Assembly: GCA_031285625.1 (NCBI GenBank)
Contig: JAITVV010000070.1
Span: forward strand, 1 to 64,000
DNA: 64,000 nt
DNA from: Prevotella sp.
GTDB taxonomy: Bacteria; Bacteroidota; Bacteroidia; Bacteroidales; Dysgonomonadaceae
Direction: 5' to 3'
The notes below the pieces were generated by a model that did not search any database, was not told the DNA's origin, and was given only the letters and a program-made list of their open reading frames with translations. Numbering within the stretch: the first letter of the stretch is position 1; each line of letters begins with the position of its first letter. Of this stretch, positions 1 to 9,505 are shown one piece after another. A program made the position numbers and the translations under genes.

Positions 1-881
1 AATTTTGAGCCATCGACTTTATATAAAATACCATTATTCTCTAAAAACCACAGGAAAAGGAAGGCTGCAATCCGCTTGTTTCCATCACTGAACGAATGGT
101 TTTTAATAACCAGATATAACAACATTGCTGCTTTTTCCTCAATGCTCGGATATAAATCATCCCCTCCAAAAGTCTGGTAAATAGTATTGATAGAACTTTT
201 GAACGACTGGTCTTTTTCGTTACCGAATAATTCGCCGCTACTAAATTTTTGACGCAACGTCTCAATCGCTTCCGTTGCATTCTCATAAGTAGCCTGAAAT
301 GGTTCTTCCCTTGTCGTATTATCTATATCAAGGGATTGGTAATCGTATTTGTCCAGTGTATCAAGAGCATAGGTATAATCTTTAATTACCTGCAATATAT
401 CATTGGCCTGTCCTGTTGTACTTTCACTTCTGGCTGCTATTCCTGTGAGTACTTTTATTGAATCCAATGCTTCCTGTAACTGCTTTACTTTAGCCTGTTG
501 ATTAACAACGAACCCTTTGACAAGGTATTCTTTCAGGATTTTATTAGCCCAGATACGGAATTGAGTACCTTGATTCGATTTCACCCTGTATCCCACAGAG
601 ATAACCATGTCAATATTGTAATATTCAACTTGATAAGTTTTACCATCGGTGGCAGTTGTCGCAAATTTTGCGACAACTGGAATATTATCCAACTCCTCTT
701 TTAGAGCATTGTTAATGTGCTTGCCAATGGTTTTAACATCTCTATCAAACAGTTCTGACATCTGCTGACGGTTTATCCAAACATTCTCGCTGTCTAATTT
801 AACTGCAAGCTGGGTATTTCCATCAGCTGTTTGATATATTATGATTTGGCTATCGCCGATTTTCAATTCCCCTTTGTTCAT
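1..881 (-). CDS. RhuM-family/Fic (DOC) fusion protein, runs off left edge (not in the ORF track)
   Basis: Manual translation from ATG at 881: MNKGELKIGDSQIIIYQTADGNTQLAVKLDSENVW...YYNIDMVISVGYRVKSNQGTQFRIWA (RhuM-like), later KNHSFSDGNKRIAAFLFLWFL (Fic motif). No stop before position 1. Confidence 0.85.
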   Translation of the reverse strand, partial: MNKGELKIGDSQIIIYQTADGNTQLAVKLDSENVWINRQQMSELFDRDVKTIGKHINNALKEELDNIPVVAKFATTATDGKTYQVEYYNIDMVISVGYRVKSNQGTQFRIWANKILKEYLVKGFVVNQQAKVKQLQEALDSIKVLTGIAARSESTTGQANDILQVIKDYTYALDTLDKYDYQSLDIDNTTREEPFQATYENATEAIETLRQKFSSGELFGNEKDQSFKSSINTIYQTFGGDDLYPSIEEKAAMLLYLVIKNHSFSDGNKRIAAFLFLWFLENNGILYKVDGSK

Positions 882-894
882 ATATATAATATTT

Positions 895-2016
895 TTAAAG
901 TTTTATTTCCGGCAATGAATTTACAGCTCTTTCTTTCAGTGAATCCACCGCACGCGTATATTTCTCCGTATGTTTCAATCCGCTATGGCCCAACAATGAA
1001 GCTACAGTCTTTATATCCGTCTGGCATTCGCCTAAAAGATTAACGGCAAACGAGTGCCGGGCACAATGCCACGTAATGTGTTTGTCTATTCCGGCACGTT
1101 TCACCCATATACGAAGTGCTTTCAAACATCCCGTATGGCTCGGTAGCTTGAATATATAATCATCTTTCTCTGGCTTTTCCCCAATAAGGCTTAACAATGT
1201 TTGGCTGAGAGGAATAATAACAATAGAATTTTTGGAATGTCCTTTTGTTTTCGCCTGTTCGAATTTTATTCTTTTACCTGAATAATCGACATTCCCATAT
1301 TTCAAATCTACCACATCACAATATCGCAATCCTGCATACAGGCAAAAGAGAAATGCTCTTTTTATATCCATATTTTGGTACGGCGTTTTCGCAAGCTGCT
1401 GTATTTCGTCTATTGTTAGCACATCTTTTGTGAGGGCTGTGTCATCCACAACACAACTAACTCCGTTACATGGATTTTTCAGGAATATGTCTTTCTCTGT
1501 GGCATATTTGACAACTTTCTTAAAACGCTGGAAATAGCCTCTTGCGCCTTCTCCAATAGAACGGCTTTGAAGATATTCTACAAAACTGATCATCATTTCT
1601 TTATCTATTTGTTCGGGTTTGACATAGTTTTTTATAGCCGGATATGATTCGACTAGAAAATCTCTGAAACGTTGCAGGCTGCCTTGCATCATCCTCAAAT
1701 CTTTCTTTGTGTATGTGTCCACATAGTTTTGATAAAACTCAAGAAAATTAATCTTCTTTTTTACAGGGCTGACCAATCCAAAAGCAGAATGATTTAACTC
1801 ACTTTCACGTGCTGTTCTTATTTCTTCTGCTAATTGTAGAGTTTCTTTGTTTTGCTGTCTTTCCATTGTGTCTTTCGGTTTATTTACAATATACAGTTTT
1901 AAGTATTCTTTTACTCTCACACCATCTCTGTAAATATCCAGATAAAGGGATATATTGCCATTAGACAAAGGTTTCTCCCTTAATGTGACATTGTTCTTTT
2001 TTGTCCCTTTTCTCAT
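895..2016 (-). CDS. Tyrosine recombinase/integrase (Bacteroidetes integrative-element type)
   Basis: N-terminal arm-binding region SLYLDIYRDGVRVKEYL; catalytic GLRYCD, HCARHSFA, LLGH, KYTRA. Confidence 0.95.
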   Translation of the reverse strand: MRKGTKKNNVTLREKPLSNGNISLYLDIYRDGVRVKEYLKLYIVNKPKDTMERQQNKETLQLAEEIRTARESELNHSAFGLVSPVKKKINFLEFYQNYVDTYTKKDLRMMQGSLQRFRDFLVESYPAIKNYVKPEQIDKEMMISFVEYLQSRSIGEGARGYFQRFKKVVKYATEKDIFLKNPCNGVSCVVDDTALTKDVLTIDEIQQLAKTPYQNMDIKRAFLFCLYAGLRYCDVVDLKYGNVDYSGKRIKFEQAKTKGHSKNSIVIIPLSQTLLSLIGEKPEKDDYIFKLPSHTGCLKALRIWVKRAGIDKHITWHCARHSFAVNLLGECQTDIKTVASLLGHSGLKHTEKYTRAVDSLKERAVNSLPEIKL

Positions 2017-2119
2017 ATTCTTTGTTTTTATTGTGTTTTTCTGTGTTTCATATAATTTATTACTATCTGATTACAAATGTAATAAAAGAATTAAGATGAG
2101 GGACAAAATAGGGACAAAA
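1999..2119. repeat. AGGGACAAAA repeats, putative integrase arm-binding sites
   Basis: Direct copies at 2099-2108 and 2110-2119; inverted copy TTTTGTCCCT at 1999-2008. Confidence 0.5.
2074..2081 (-). promoter_or_regulatory. Bacteroidetes -7 promoter element (TAnnTTTG) for integrase
   Basis: TACATTTG on minus strand ~60 nt upstream of int ATG. Confidence 0.5.
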
Positions 2120-2232
2120 AGTTGAGAAAAATAAGAAAATAGGTATAATTAGCTTAAGTATTAATAAATATAAACTATTGATAATATGCCATTTATTTAT
2201 TTTTAGTTTGCTTTGTTTGATAGGTTGCGTAT

Positions 2233-2245
2233 CGGCTCTGGGTAC
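2233..2245 (+). other. Putative att core: 3' end fragment of tRNA-Leu
   Basis: CGGCTCTGGGTAC matches the recalled 3' end of Bacteroidales tRNA-Leu genes; a terminator follows immediately; it lies next to the integrase. Confidence 0.6.
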
Positions 2246-2260
2246 TTGGACAAAAAAGCT

Positions 2261-2294
2261 AAAGGCTGTAATTCAATAAATTGCAGCCTTTTTT
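2261..2294 (+). terminator. Rho-independent terminator (likely the tRNA terminator)
   Basis: AAAGGCTGTAAT...ATTGCAGCCTTT followed by a T run. Confidence 0.7.
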
Positions 2295-2370
2295 ATTTAG
2301 ACTGCATAAATATTGCATAACTTTTCTCAATTTCAGTATTCCGAAGAACCATTCTACTGATAATTATATC

Positions 2371-2538
2371 TTATCTGTATTTCCTACTGATGGAGCCATC
2401 TATGCCATCTGCTACTTTGAAACTGGCGTATCCACTATTCGCATCTCCCCAAGTTGCTTCCAATCCGAATTGCTCAGTGTAAAACTTAAAACATTTCGCA
2501 AAATCTCTAACTAATAACCTTATATTACTAAACTTCAT
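2371..2538 (-). pseudogene. VOC/glyoxalase-family remnant
   Basis: MKFSNIRLLVRDFAKCFKFYTEQFGLEATWGDANSGYASFKVADGID, then apparent internal deletion/frameshift and a stop after 55 aa. Confidence 0.65.
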
Positions 2539-2596
2539 TGTTATTAATTTTTATGGTTATTCTTTTTCTGTAATCTTCATCTTTCTTTTTCCTGAA

Positions 2597-3496
2597 TTAT
2601 CTGACTTTAAACTTAAACCTTTTTCTAACGCTGTTGAATGTAAAAACAGTAAGACCAGCCCAAATTAATCCGAAACATATCCAATGCGAAGATGTAAACC
2701 TCTCATGAAAAATAAGAACAGCAATTATAAGTTGTAAAGTGGGCCCGATATACTGTAAAAATCCAACAGTTATATAAGAAATTGACTTTACTGCCTTGGC
2801 AAACATCAGTAACGGAATAGCCGTTACAAGCCCTCCGGCAGCAAGAAGTATAGCTTCGGTCAGAGTCAAATTAAAAACTGTTTCAGGAGTGTCTACAAAA
2901 GTCCATGTAAAGTAAATTAATACAATAGGCAATATCATAATATTTTCAAGAGCCAAAGCCGGCACAACTGGCAATCCTGCTTTCTTTTTCACGACGCCAT
3001 ACAAACTAAAAGTGAGAGCCAAAATAAGACTAATGACGGGCAGAGAACCGTAGCTGAATGTCATATATGCAACTCCCGAAAAAGCTAATGCTGCTGATAT
3101 TTTTTCATAAATATTCAATCGCTCTTTAAAGAATGCCATCCCCATCACAATATTTACAAGTGGATTGATGTAATACCCCAGACTCGATTCTATCAGGTAT
3201 CCGTTGTTAACAGCATAAATAAATGTACCCCAATTCATTGTAATCAATATGCCGGAAAGCGACATGTATTTTACATTTGTTTTATTCGAAATAATATGGA
3301 TAAATGTTTTTCGATTCCATATAACACAAAATATAGTCAAGAATATAGCTGACCACAATGCACGGTTAGCCAATATGAAAAGCGATGGTACATGGTCTAA
3401 TAGTTTCCAATATAGCGGAAAAATGCCCCACAGCACATAACAAGCTGCACATAGAGCTAAACCTCTGTTGTATTCGGATGTCTGGGATTTAGTCAT
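2597..3496 (-). CDS. rarD: RarD/EamA family DMT permease
   Basis: YVLWGIFPLYWKLL, ESSLGYYINPLVN, GFLQYIGPTLQ; ~10 hydrophobic segments. Confidence 0.9.
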   Translation of the reverse strand: MTKSQTSEYNRGLALCAACYVLWGIFPLYWKLLDHVPSLFILANRALWSAIFLTIFCVIWNRKTFIHIISNKTNVKYMSLSGILITMNWGTFIYAVNNGYLIESSLGYYINPLVNIVMGMAFFKERLNIYEKISAALAFSGVAYMTFSYGSLPVISLILALTFSLYGVVKKKAGLPVVPALALENIMILPIVLIYFTWTFVDTPETVFNLTLTEAILLAAGGLVTAIPLLMFAKAVKSISYITVGFLQYIGPTLQLIIAVLIFHERFTSSHWICFGLIWAGLTVFTFNSVRKRFKFKVR

Positions 3497-3519
3497 TTTT
3501 ATATAAGACCTAATTGTTC

Positions 3520-3965
3520 TATAATTTTATAGTTGTTTTTTTTTTCTATAATCTTCGTCTTTCTTCTTCTTAAAGTCATTGCTCAATAATGCTTTTATGG
3601 AGAAGATATTTTCTTCAGAAGGGTCTGCCGACATTTCACACCTGCCCGATTCTACAATCTTTTCCTCTAATTCCTGAATGATAATTTTACTGATGCCTTA
3701 TTCAGATATTCCTCTTCACCAATCAGATATCCTATTTCAAATGTTTGATTTCCTTCTGTCACATCGTCATATAGACTCACGAAATCGTGTCCCTTCTCGT
3801 TCAAATCTTTCAAAAAGAAGCAATCAGCATAAAGACAATATCCAATCTTACGGTTATTGTGGAAAACAATAAAATGCGTTAGAAAATTATATTCACCATC
3901 CTTATTGTTTACTTCATCCAACCAAGCCTTTAGATTCAACCATTTATAGATATATTCTTTATTTA
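3520..3965 (-). pseudogene. GNAT acetyltransferase pseudogene
   Basis: N-terminus missing; KIGYCLYADC...EIGYLIGEEEYLNK, then a frameshift to ...ADPSEENIFSIKALLSNDFKKKKDEDYRK. Confidence 0.7.
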
Positions 3966-3976
3966 TGGTTATATGT

Positions 3977-4210
3977 TTATTCTAAGCTAATTTCCGGCAA
4001 TGAATTTACAGCTTTTTCTTTTAATGAATCGACTGCACGAGTATATTTCTCAGTATATTTCAACCCACTATGTCCTAACAATGAGGCTACAGTTTTAATA
4101 TCCGTTTGACATTCCCCTAATAAATTGACTGCAAAAGAGTGTCATGAACAATGCCAAGTGTGCTTATCTATTCCCGTACGCTCTACCCATGTTCTCAATG
4201 CTTTTAAATA
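3977..4210 (-). pseudogene. C-terminal integrase remnant, close paralogue of 895..2016
   Basis: Translates YLKALRTWVERTGIDKH-TWHCS*HSFAVNLLGECQTDIKTVASLLGHSGLKYTEKYTRAVDSLKEKAVNSLPEISLE; stop at the catalytic Arg position. Confidence 0.9.
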
Positions 4211-4212
4211 CA

Positions 4213-4877
4213 ACGGCGTAATAATAAAAATTCGGGAATATAATGACTATGAACGGTTATTCTTTTTATTTGGAATTCCTTTCAGGAATCTATTCAGATT
4301 TTTTTATTATAAATGGGTACATCATACGACAGATGTTACATTCGACTTTAGTCTCTCTGATGTTAAACTTCCTCACCGTGTAATAGACTTGTGTAATAAA
4401 ATAGAAGAATACCTGCCTCAGGTAAGCAATAATACATATATCCTGGATCCTAATATATTGTATAATTCGTTAGTAGACATACAATATTATTACAGAAGAA
4501 AGCTTATTCGCAATGATGAAATATCTGATATAAAAGGGGAACTGAAAGCTATGATAGATATGACTGAAAAGATAATCAGAAAAGGCATGTACATGAATAC
4601 AGGTTCTACATTTGACTACTATATATCATTACTACCAATAGAATCGAATAGTGTTTATACTAATTCGGTAGGGCATACTATATCTTATTTCTATCCTTAT
4701 TCAGTAAATCCTATGATAATCCGAAATACGGAAATCTGCTCGGTACACAAACGATGGCTCGAATCACTAAAGAAATATTCTATATTGATAACACAGTCGA
4801 ATGAAGAACTTTATCGGAATTTTTTAGTCATCAGTTTGAGTATGTCGACAATATGGACAAGCTTATGTATTGATTGA
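4213..4877 (+). pseudogene. N-terminally truncated conserved Bacteroidetes hypothetical (putative regulator-like family)
   Basis: LFRFFYYKW...DIQYYYRRKLI...WLESLKKYSILITQSNE; 5' end is fused to the antisense integrase remnant; apparent 3' frameshift. Confidence 0.55.
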
Positions 4878-5005
4878 AAGAGAGGTACGTTTCTATTGGA
4901 ATGGTTATTTTTGTATAAGGAAAATAAAGATTTGAATTTTTCAAAAAACAGCGGGAATATTTAGATGAAATATTTAAATAGTTTTAATGCTGAATGTAAT
5001 ACAGG

Positions 5006-5042
5006 AAAGAGGCTACTCCCATCAGGGAAATAACCTCTTTTC
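5006..5042. terminator. Hairpin between convergent genes
   Basis: AAAGAGGCTACTCCC...GGGAAATAACCTCTTT. Confidence 0.55.
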
Positions 5043-5067
5043 GGGGAATATATAAATGTAAAGTCTT

Positions 5068-5295
5068 TTAACTCTTTGGCTCGTTATTCATGCGATATGT
5101 TAATGCTCCTGAAGGACATTTGCTTATTTGAGCTATAAGTTGCTCTGTTGTTGCATTTTCCGGTTTCACCCAAGGCCTGTCTTTGGGATGATAAACTTCG
5201 GGCAACATTTTCACACAGATACCCGCATGTTGACATTTTTCGGGCTTCCATATTACAGTTAGTTCACCATTAGTATATTCTACAATCTTTTCCAT
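5068..5295 (-). CDS. Divergent 4Fe-4S mono-cluster protein (YjdI-like)
   Basis: CQHAGICV...CPSGAL. Confidence 0.85.
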   Translation of the reverse strand: MEKIVEYTNGELTVIWKPEKCQHAGICVKMLPEVYHPKDRPWVKPENATTEQLIAQISKCPSGALTYRMNNEPKS

Positions 5296-5341
5296 TTTCT
5301 TAACTTTGATAATTAGTTGATCTCTTAATATATTAAAGGTA

Positions 5342-5638
5342 TTATATATTTATACCTCTCATTACAATGCGCCTCCAGTCCTGATGTTTTTTTATATATC
5401 CGGCGATAAAAGGACATAAAGGTACTAATCTTAATCCTTGTTTTTCTATATCTGCAAGAACTTTTTCAGCTAGTTGGCTACCTATGCCCTGCCCCTCCAA
5501 TACAACAGGCACTTCAGTGTGAGTCAGGTAAATTTCGCCATTGTTTGTTTTAATGTATTCTATCTTAGGAATGTACTTCCCAACATGAAATTCATACTGA
5601 TTTTCATCTGTGTTATCGATCAATTCATAATTTTCCAT
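5342..5638 (-). CDS. Small GNAT-family protein (YjdJ-like)
   Basis: HTEVP..EGQGIGS...VPLCPFI; usual partner of YjdI. Confidence 0.85.
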   Translation of the reverse strand: MENYELIDNTDENQYEFHVGKYIPKIEYIKTNNGEIYLTHTEVPVVLEGQGIGSQLAEKVLADIEKQGLRLVPLCPFIAGYIKKHQDWRRIVMRGINI

Positions 5639-5689
5639 ATCTTAAAATTATTATGTTTATTAATAAAACATCGCATTAATCGCTTTTGT

Positions 5690-6865
5690 TTACTCTGGTA
5701 TGTGTTTCTTCTTTATAGAACCTACAACTTCGTAAATACTGATAAAAACAAAAACAGATACTGATAATAGATTAATTATAAGCAGATTCAGGTAGGGTGT
5801 AAACGGAATTATCAATATGAGGGTAGCAATACCAATAAGATGCGACTTGGCTACAATATGACATGTAAACCATTTGTAGATCATATTGGCTATAAGATAA
5901 ATGACAGGTCCGACAATAATAACGAAGACGGCTTCAGCACTGATATGCCCGAAGGGGTGATTTACGACCAGTTCATCACCCACAGCACTCATTATAAGCG
6001 CTCCAACCAGTACCACATGTATAGAATGATATTTTAATCCCAACTTGCCCGGATCAGTCACTTCCCGTATTTTTTCTGCTCCCGCCTCACTGCTTGTGTC
6101 AAAATAAATCCACCACATAGCCAAACTATTAACCGCAGAGATAAGAGCTGCCGATATTACAGGGAATGACCACACTTCTATTTCACTAAGGGAGGCTCCG
6201 GTCATTAATATTGTTTCTCCAAATGCAATGATAACAAAAAGCTGACTTCGCTCTGTTAGATGGTGTCCCTCAATTGTCCATTCTTTTTCTGAATCGGATC
6301 GCCCTAAAAAAGGAAGATAAAAGCCGTGCATAGGCGCTGTATAGTCGCTCAGTACTGCTATTGCCCACATAAGGATGCGTGCTTCACCTTCCATATATGC
6401 ACCTATAATCCAAAAGAAAGAAGATATAATAAACCATCCCAGTATACGCCTGAAATTAGCTGTCAATGCATGCTTCTTTCCCAGAATAAACAAAACGCAA
6501 ATGGTCCGGCCTACCTGAGTCGCAATATAGCTGCCAACAAATATCCATGCCCTGTCTCCGAATGCGTCGGGTATAGCTGCTGCAGTAATAAGACCTATGA
6601 GCATCAGAGCAAACAGAAGAACCCGTATAGAACGGATATTAGGATTGAACCAGTTGGTAACCCAGGTCGTATGCTGCCATCCCATCCATACTGCAAACCA
6701 GAGTATGGTACTATGCACAAAGCCCAACCAATTGAGGTTGTGTAGCAGATAATGGGAGATTTGTGTAACAGCAAACACATAAATGAGGTCGAATAGCAGT
6801 TCTGAAAAAGAAACAGAAGCTATGCCTTCTTCTCTGCGACGAAGGAGTGAATGCGGATGAGACAT
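5690..6865 (-). CDS. Low temperature requirement protein A family membrane protein
   Basis: ELLFDLIYVFAVTQ and HLTERSQLFVIIAFGE motifs. Confidence 0.85.
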   Translation of the reverse strand: MSHPHSLLRRREEGIASVSFSELLFDLIYVFAVTQISHYLLHNLNWLGFVHSTILWFAVWMGWQHTTWVTNWFNPNIRSIRVLLFALMLIGLITAAAIPDAFGDRAWIFVGSYIATQVGRTICVLFILGKKHALTANFRRILGWFIISSFFWIIGAYMEGEARILMWAIAVLSDYTAPMHGFYLPFLGRSDSEKEWTIEGHHLTERSQLFVIIAFGETILMTGASLSEIEVWSFPVISAALISAVNSLAMWWIYFDTSSEAGAEKIREVTDPGKLGLKYHSIHVVLVGALIMSAVGDELVVNHPFGHISAEAVFVIIVGPVIYLIANMIYKWFTCHIVAKSHLIGIATLILIIPFTPYLNLLIINLLSVSVFVFISIYEVVGSIKKKHIPE

Positions 6866-7062
6866 TATTTGTTAATTTAATTTTTTAATGATAACAAGCT
6901 GTACAATCTTTTGTTCAGTATATATCAGCGGAATGGTTACCAAATGAAAAATTTCAATAAATTATGTTTAGTTTTCTTATCCGGTGCAATTTTTTTGAGA
7001 TAAAAAAGACTTATAATCAGGGATAAATTAAGAGACGAATCCTAAAGAAATAAGTTTTTATG

Positions 7063-7070
7063 TATATTTG
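7063..7070 (+). promoter_or_regulatory. -7 promoter element for dapB operon
   Basis: TATATTTG ~33 nt upstream of dapB. Confidence 0.55.
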
Positions 7071-7102
7071 TAGGCTTTAGTCACTTATTAACAACAATCA
7101 GA

Positions 7103-7819
7103 ATGAATATAGCACTTATAGGATATGGAAAAATGGGGCATGAAATTGAAAAAATAGCCCTGGACAGAGGTCATAAAATTGTAGCAATAATCGATGTAAA
7201 TAATGTAGCTGATTTTGATTCACCTGCATTTAAAAGTGCAGATGTGGCGATTGAATTTTCCACACCGGACAGTGCAATAAACAATTATCGTAAATGTTTT
7301 GAAGCAAATGTTCCGGTTGTAGCTGGAACTACAGGTTGGCTTGAACATATGGACGAAGTAAAGAAAGCTTGTGCTAAACAGGGTAAAACCTTCTTTTATG
7401 CATCGAATTATAGCTTAGGGGTCAATATATTTTTTACAATGAACAAATATCTTGCTAAAATAATGAATAATTATTCCGACTATGATGTAAAAATGGAAGA
7501 GATACATCATATTCACAAACTTGATGCACCAAGTGGAACAGCCATTACTTTAGCCGAAGATTTGATAAAAGAGGTTGACCGGAAAGAACGTTGGAATCTG
7601 GAAGTGGAAGAGAAGAAAACAGATGTAGCTATTCACTGTATACGTGAAGGAGAGGTTCCCGGGATACATGAGGTAATATACGAATCGGAAGTAGACGTAA
7701 TTAGCATAAAGCACGAATCTAAAAACCGTAAAGGACTAGCCTTAGGTGCAGTTATAGCAGCTGAATTTACAAATGGCAAGAAAGGCTTTTTAGGAATGAA
7801 CGATATGCTAAATTTTTAA
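7103..7819 (+). CDS. dapB: 4-hydroxy-tetrahydrodipicolinate reductase
   Basis: GYGKMG, GTTGW, EIHHIHKLDAPSGTA. Confidence 0.97.
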   Translation: MNIALIGYGKMGHEIEKIALDRGHKIVAIIDVNNVADFDSPAFKSADVAIEFSTPDSAINNYRKCFEANVPVVAGTTGWLEHMDEVKKACAKQGKTFFYASNYSLGVNIFFTMNKYLAKIMNNYSDYDVKMEEIHHIHKLDAPSGTAITLAEDLIKEVDRKERWNLEVEEKKTDVAIHCIREGEVPGIHEVIYESEVDVISIKHESKNRKGLALGAVIAAEFTNGKKGFLGMNDMLNF

Positions 7820-7826
7820 ATAGAAT

Positions 7827-9458
7827 ATGGGAAAGACATCGAATCAAGACGATAGCAAAGGGTGGATTGGTAACATTATTGTAGGAATACTTGGACTTTT
7901 TACCGGAGTTAGTGCTACAGGCGACAGTGAGCCTCGAAAGCGAAAGAAACCGGGTGTAAGACAATGGATATATGCTATTATAGCCTGTATATGTTGTATT
8001 TTATTTGTAATATGGACAGGGTATTGGGCAGTACTTATACTTATCCCTGTATTCATCGATATATACATCACCAAATTTATACCCTGGGGTGCATGGCGTA
8101 ATGCAAAGAATAAGAATGTAAAAACTGTGCTTGACTGGGTAGATGCCATCCTGTTTGCTTTGGTTGGTGTATATTTTATAAATACATTCTTTTTCCAGAA
8201 CTATCAGATACCATCTTCTTCTCTCGAGAAATCGTTACTCGTAGGAGATTTCCTTTGTGTAAGCAAAGTCAGTTACGGAGCCCGTTCACCAATGACTCCA
8301 TTCTCTTTACCTTTGATGCAACATACATTTCCTTTTTTCGGGTTTAAATCATATCTGGATAAGCCACAACTTGAATACAAGCGTTTTACCGGTACCGGGC
8401 ATATTGAACGCAATGATATTGTTGTTTTCAATTATCCGTCGGGTGATACGGTAGCTTCCAAGGTGCAAGAAGTGGACTATTATGTATTGTGCAAAGATGC
8501 AGGGAAAGATGTAATCGAAAAATCGGGACTAAAAGCAGGGTTAGAATCAGGTCGAAGCCAGGTATGGGCCGATAAACGTACATACGGAGATATTTTATAC
8601 CGCCCTGTCGACAGGCGCGAAAACTATGTAAAACGCTGTATCGGGCTTCCTGGAGAAACAATTTCGATAAAAGGTGACACCGTATATATTAACGGAAACC
8701 CGATTGAAAGACCTGAAAAGATGCAACTGTTATATTGTGTTCAGACAGATGGTACTGAAATATCTTCTGCCACATTTGACGATTTAGGCTTAAGCCAGGA
8801 AGACAAGAGGCGTATAGGTGCACAGGATTTGAGTAGTATTGACAGTCTCTCCCTTTCTACTTATAATTTATTCTATATGAGAAGAATTTTCCCAAATGCA
8901 AAAAATGGGAATCCGGGCATTTTATATATGGATGTAAATATGACTCAGGAGATGGTGGAAAAAATGAAAGAGAAGCCATTTGTAGAAAAAGTTATGCCTC
9001 AAAATCAATTTTATAAGCAAGCAAACAAGATCGGGCAGAGATTTATTCAGCCTACTACTTATCCGATTACATATAATACCCAAACTGAACCGGGTGACTA
9101 CCATGCCTTATGGATACCTAAAAAAGGAGAGACCATCAAATTTGATACGGATGTTGATTTCAAAGTAGCAGCATATATACGCTGTATTAAAAACTATGAG
9201 CTCAACGATTTTGATTATCGTGATGGTAAAGTATATATCAATGGCCAACAAGCCGATTCGTATACGTTTAAACTGGACTACTATTTTATGATGGGAGATA
9301 ACCGGGATAATTCCGCAGACTCACGTGTTTGGGGATTTGTTCCTGAAGATCATATCGTTGGTAAGCCATTATTTATATGGCTGTCTCTTGATCCGGACAA
9401 GAGCTTCTTTAGCGGAATACGCTGGAGCAGATTGTTCACAACGGGTAATAAGAAATAA
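7827..9458 (+). CDS. lepB: Signal peptidase I
   Basis: IPSSSLEKSLLVGD (Ser), YVKRCIGLPG (Lys), MGDNRDNSADSR. Confidence 0.95.
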   Translation: MGKTSNQDDSKGWIGNIIVGILGLFTGVSATGDSEPRKRKKPGVRQWIYAIIACICCILFVIWTGYWAVLILIPVFIDIYITKFIPWGAWRNAKNKNVKTVLDWVDAILFALVGVYFINTFFFQNYQIPSSSLEKSLLVGDFLCVSKVSYGARSPMTPFSLPLMQHTFPFFGFKSYLDKPQLEYKRFTGTGHIERNDIVVFNYPSGDTVASKVQEVDYYVLCKDAGKDVIEKSGLKAGLESGRSQVWADKRTYGDILYRPVDRRENYVKRCIGLPGETISIKGDTVYINGNPIERPEKMQLLYCVQTDGTEISSATFDDLGLSQEDKRRIGAQDLSSIDSLSLSTYNLFYMRRIFPNAKNGNPGILYMDVNMTQEMVEKMKEKPFVEKVMPQNQFYKQANKIGQRFIQPTTYPITYNTQTEPGDYHALWIPKKGETIKFDTDVDFKVAAYIRCIKNYELNDFDYRDGKVYINGQQADSYTFKLDYYFMMGDNRDNSADSRVWGFVPEDHIVGKPLFIWLSLDPDKSFFSGIRWSRLFTTGNKK

Positions 9459-9505
9459 AGCTTTCTTACGGGAAGGTAATTAAGTAAAGTATTAATGACA
9501 GGTCT

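Larger units (their letters stand above)
1..2245. mobile_element. Right end of an integrative element (integrase + RhuM-Fic), bounded by putative attR
   Basis: Integrase points inward from a tRNA-like 3' fragment at 2233-2245; arm-like repeats at 1999-2119. Confidence 0.7.

Noticed and set aside
41-1043. Short ORFs 41..286, 249..461, 498..704 and 831..1043
   Set aside because: Shadow frames of the RhuM-Fic gene and the integrase.
2160-2250. Complete tRNA gene
   Set aside because: Only ~13 nt of a 3' end is present; the upstream sequence is AT-rich with no cloverleaf.
4125-4877. 250-aa ORF as an intact gene
   Set aside because: The first ~30 codons are the antisense of the integrase remnant; the ORF is a chimeric deletion product.
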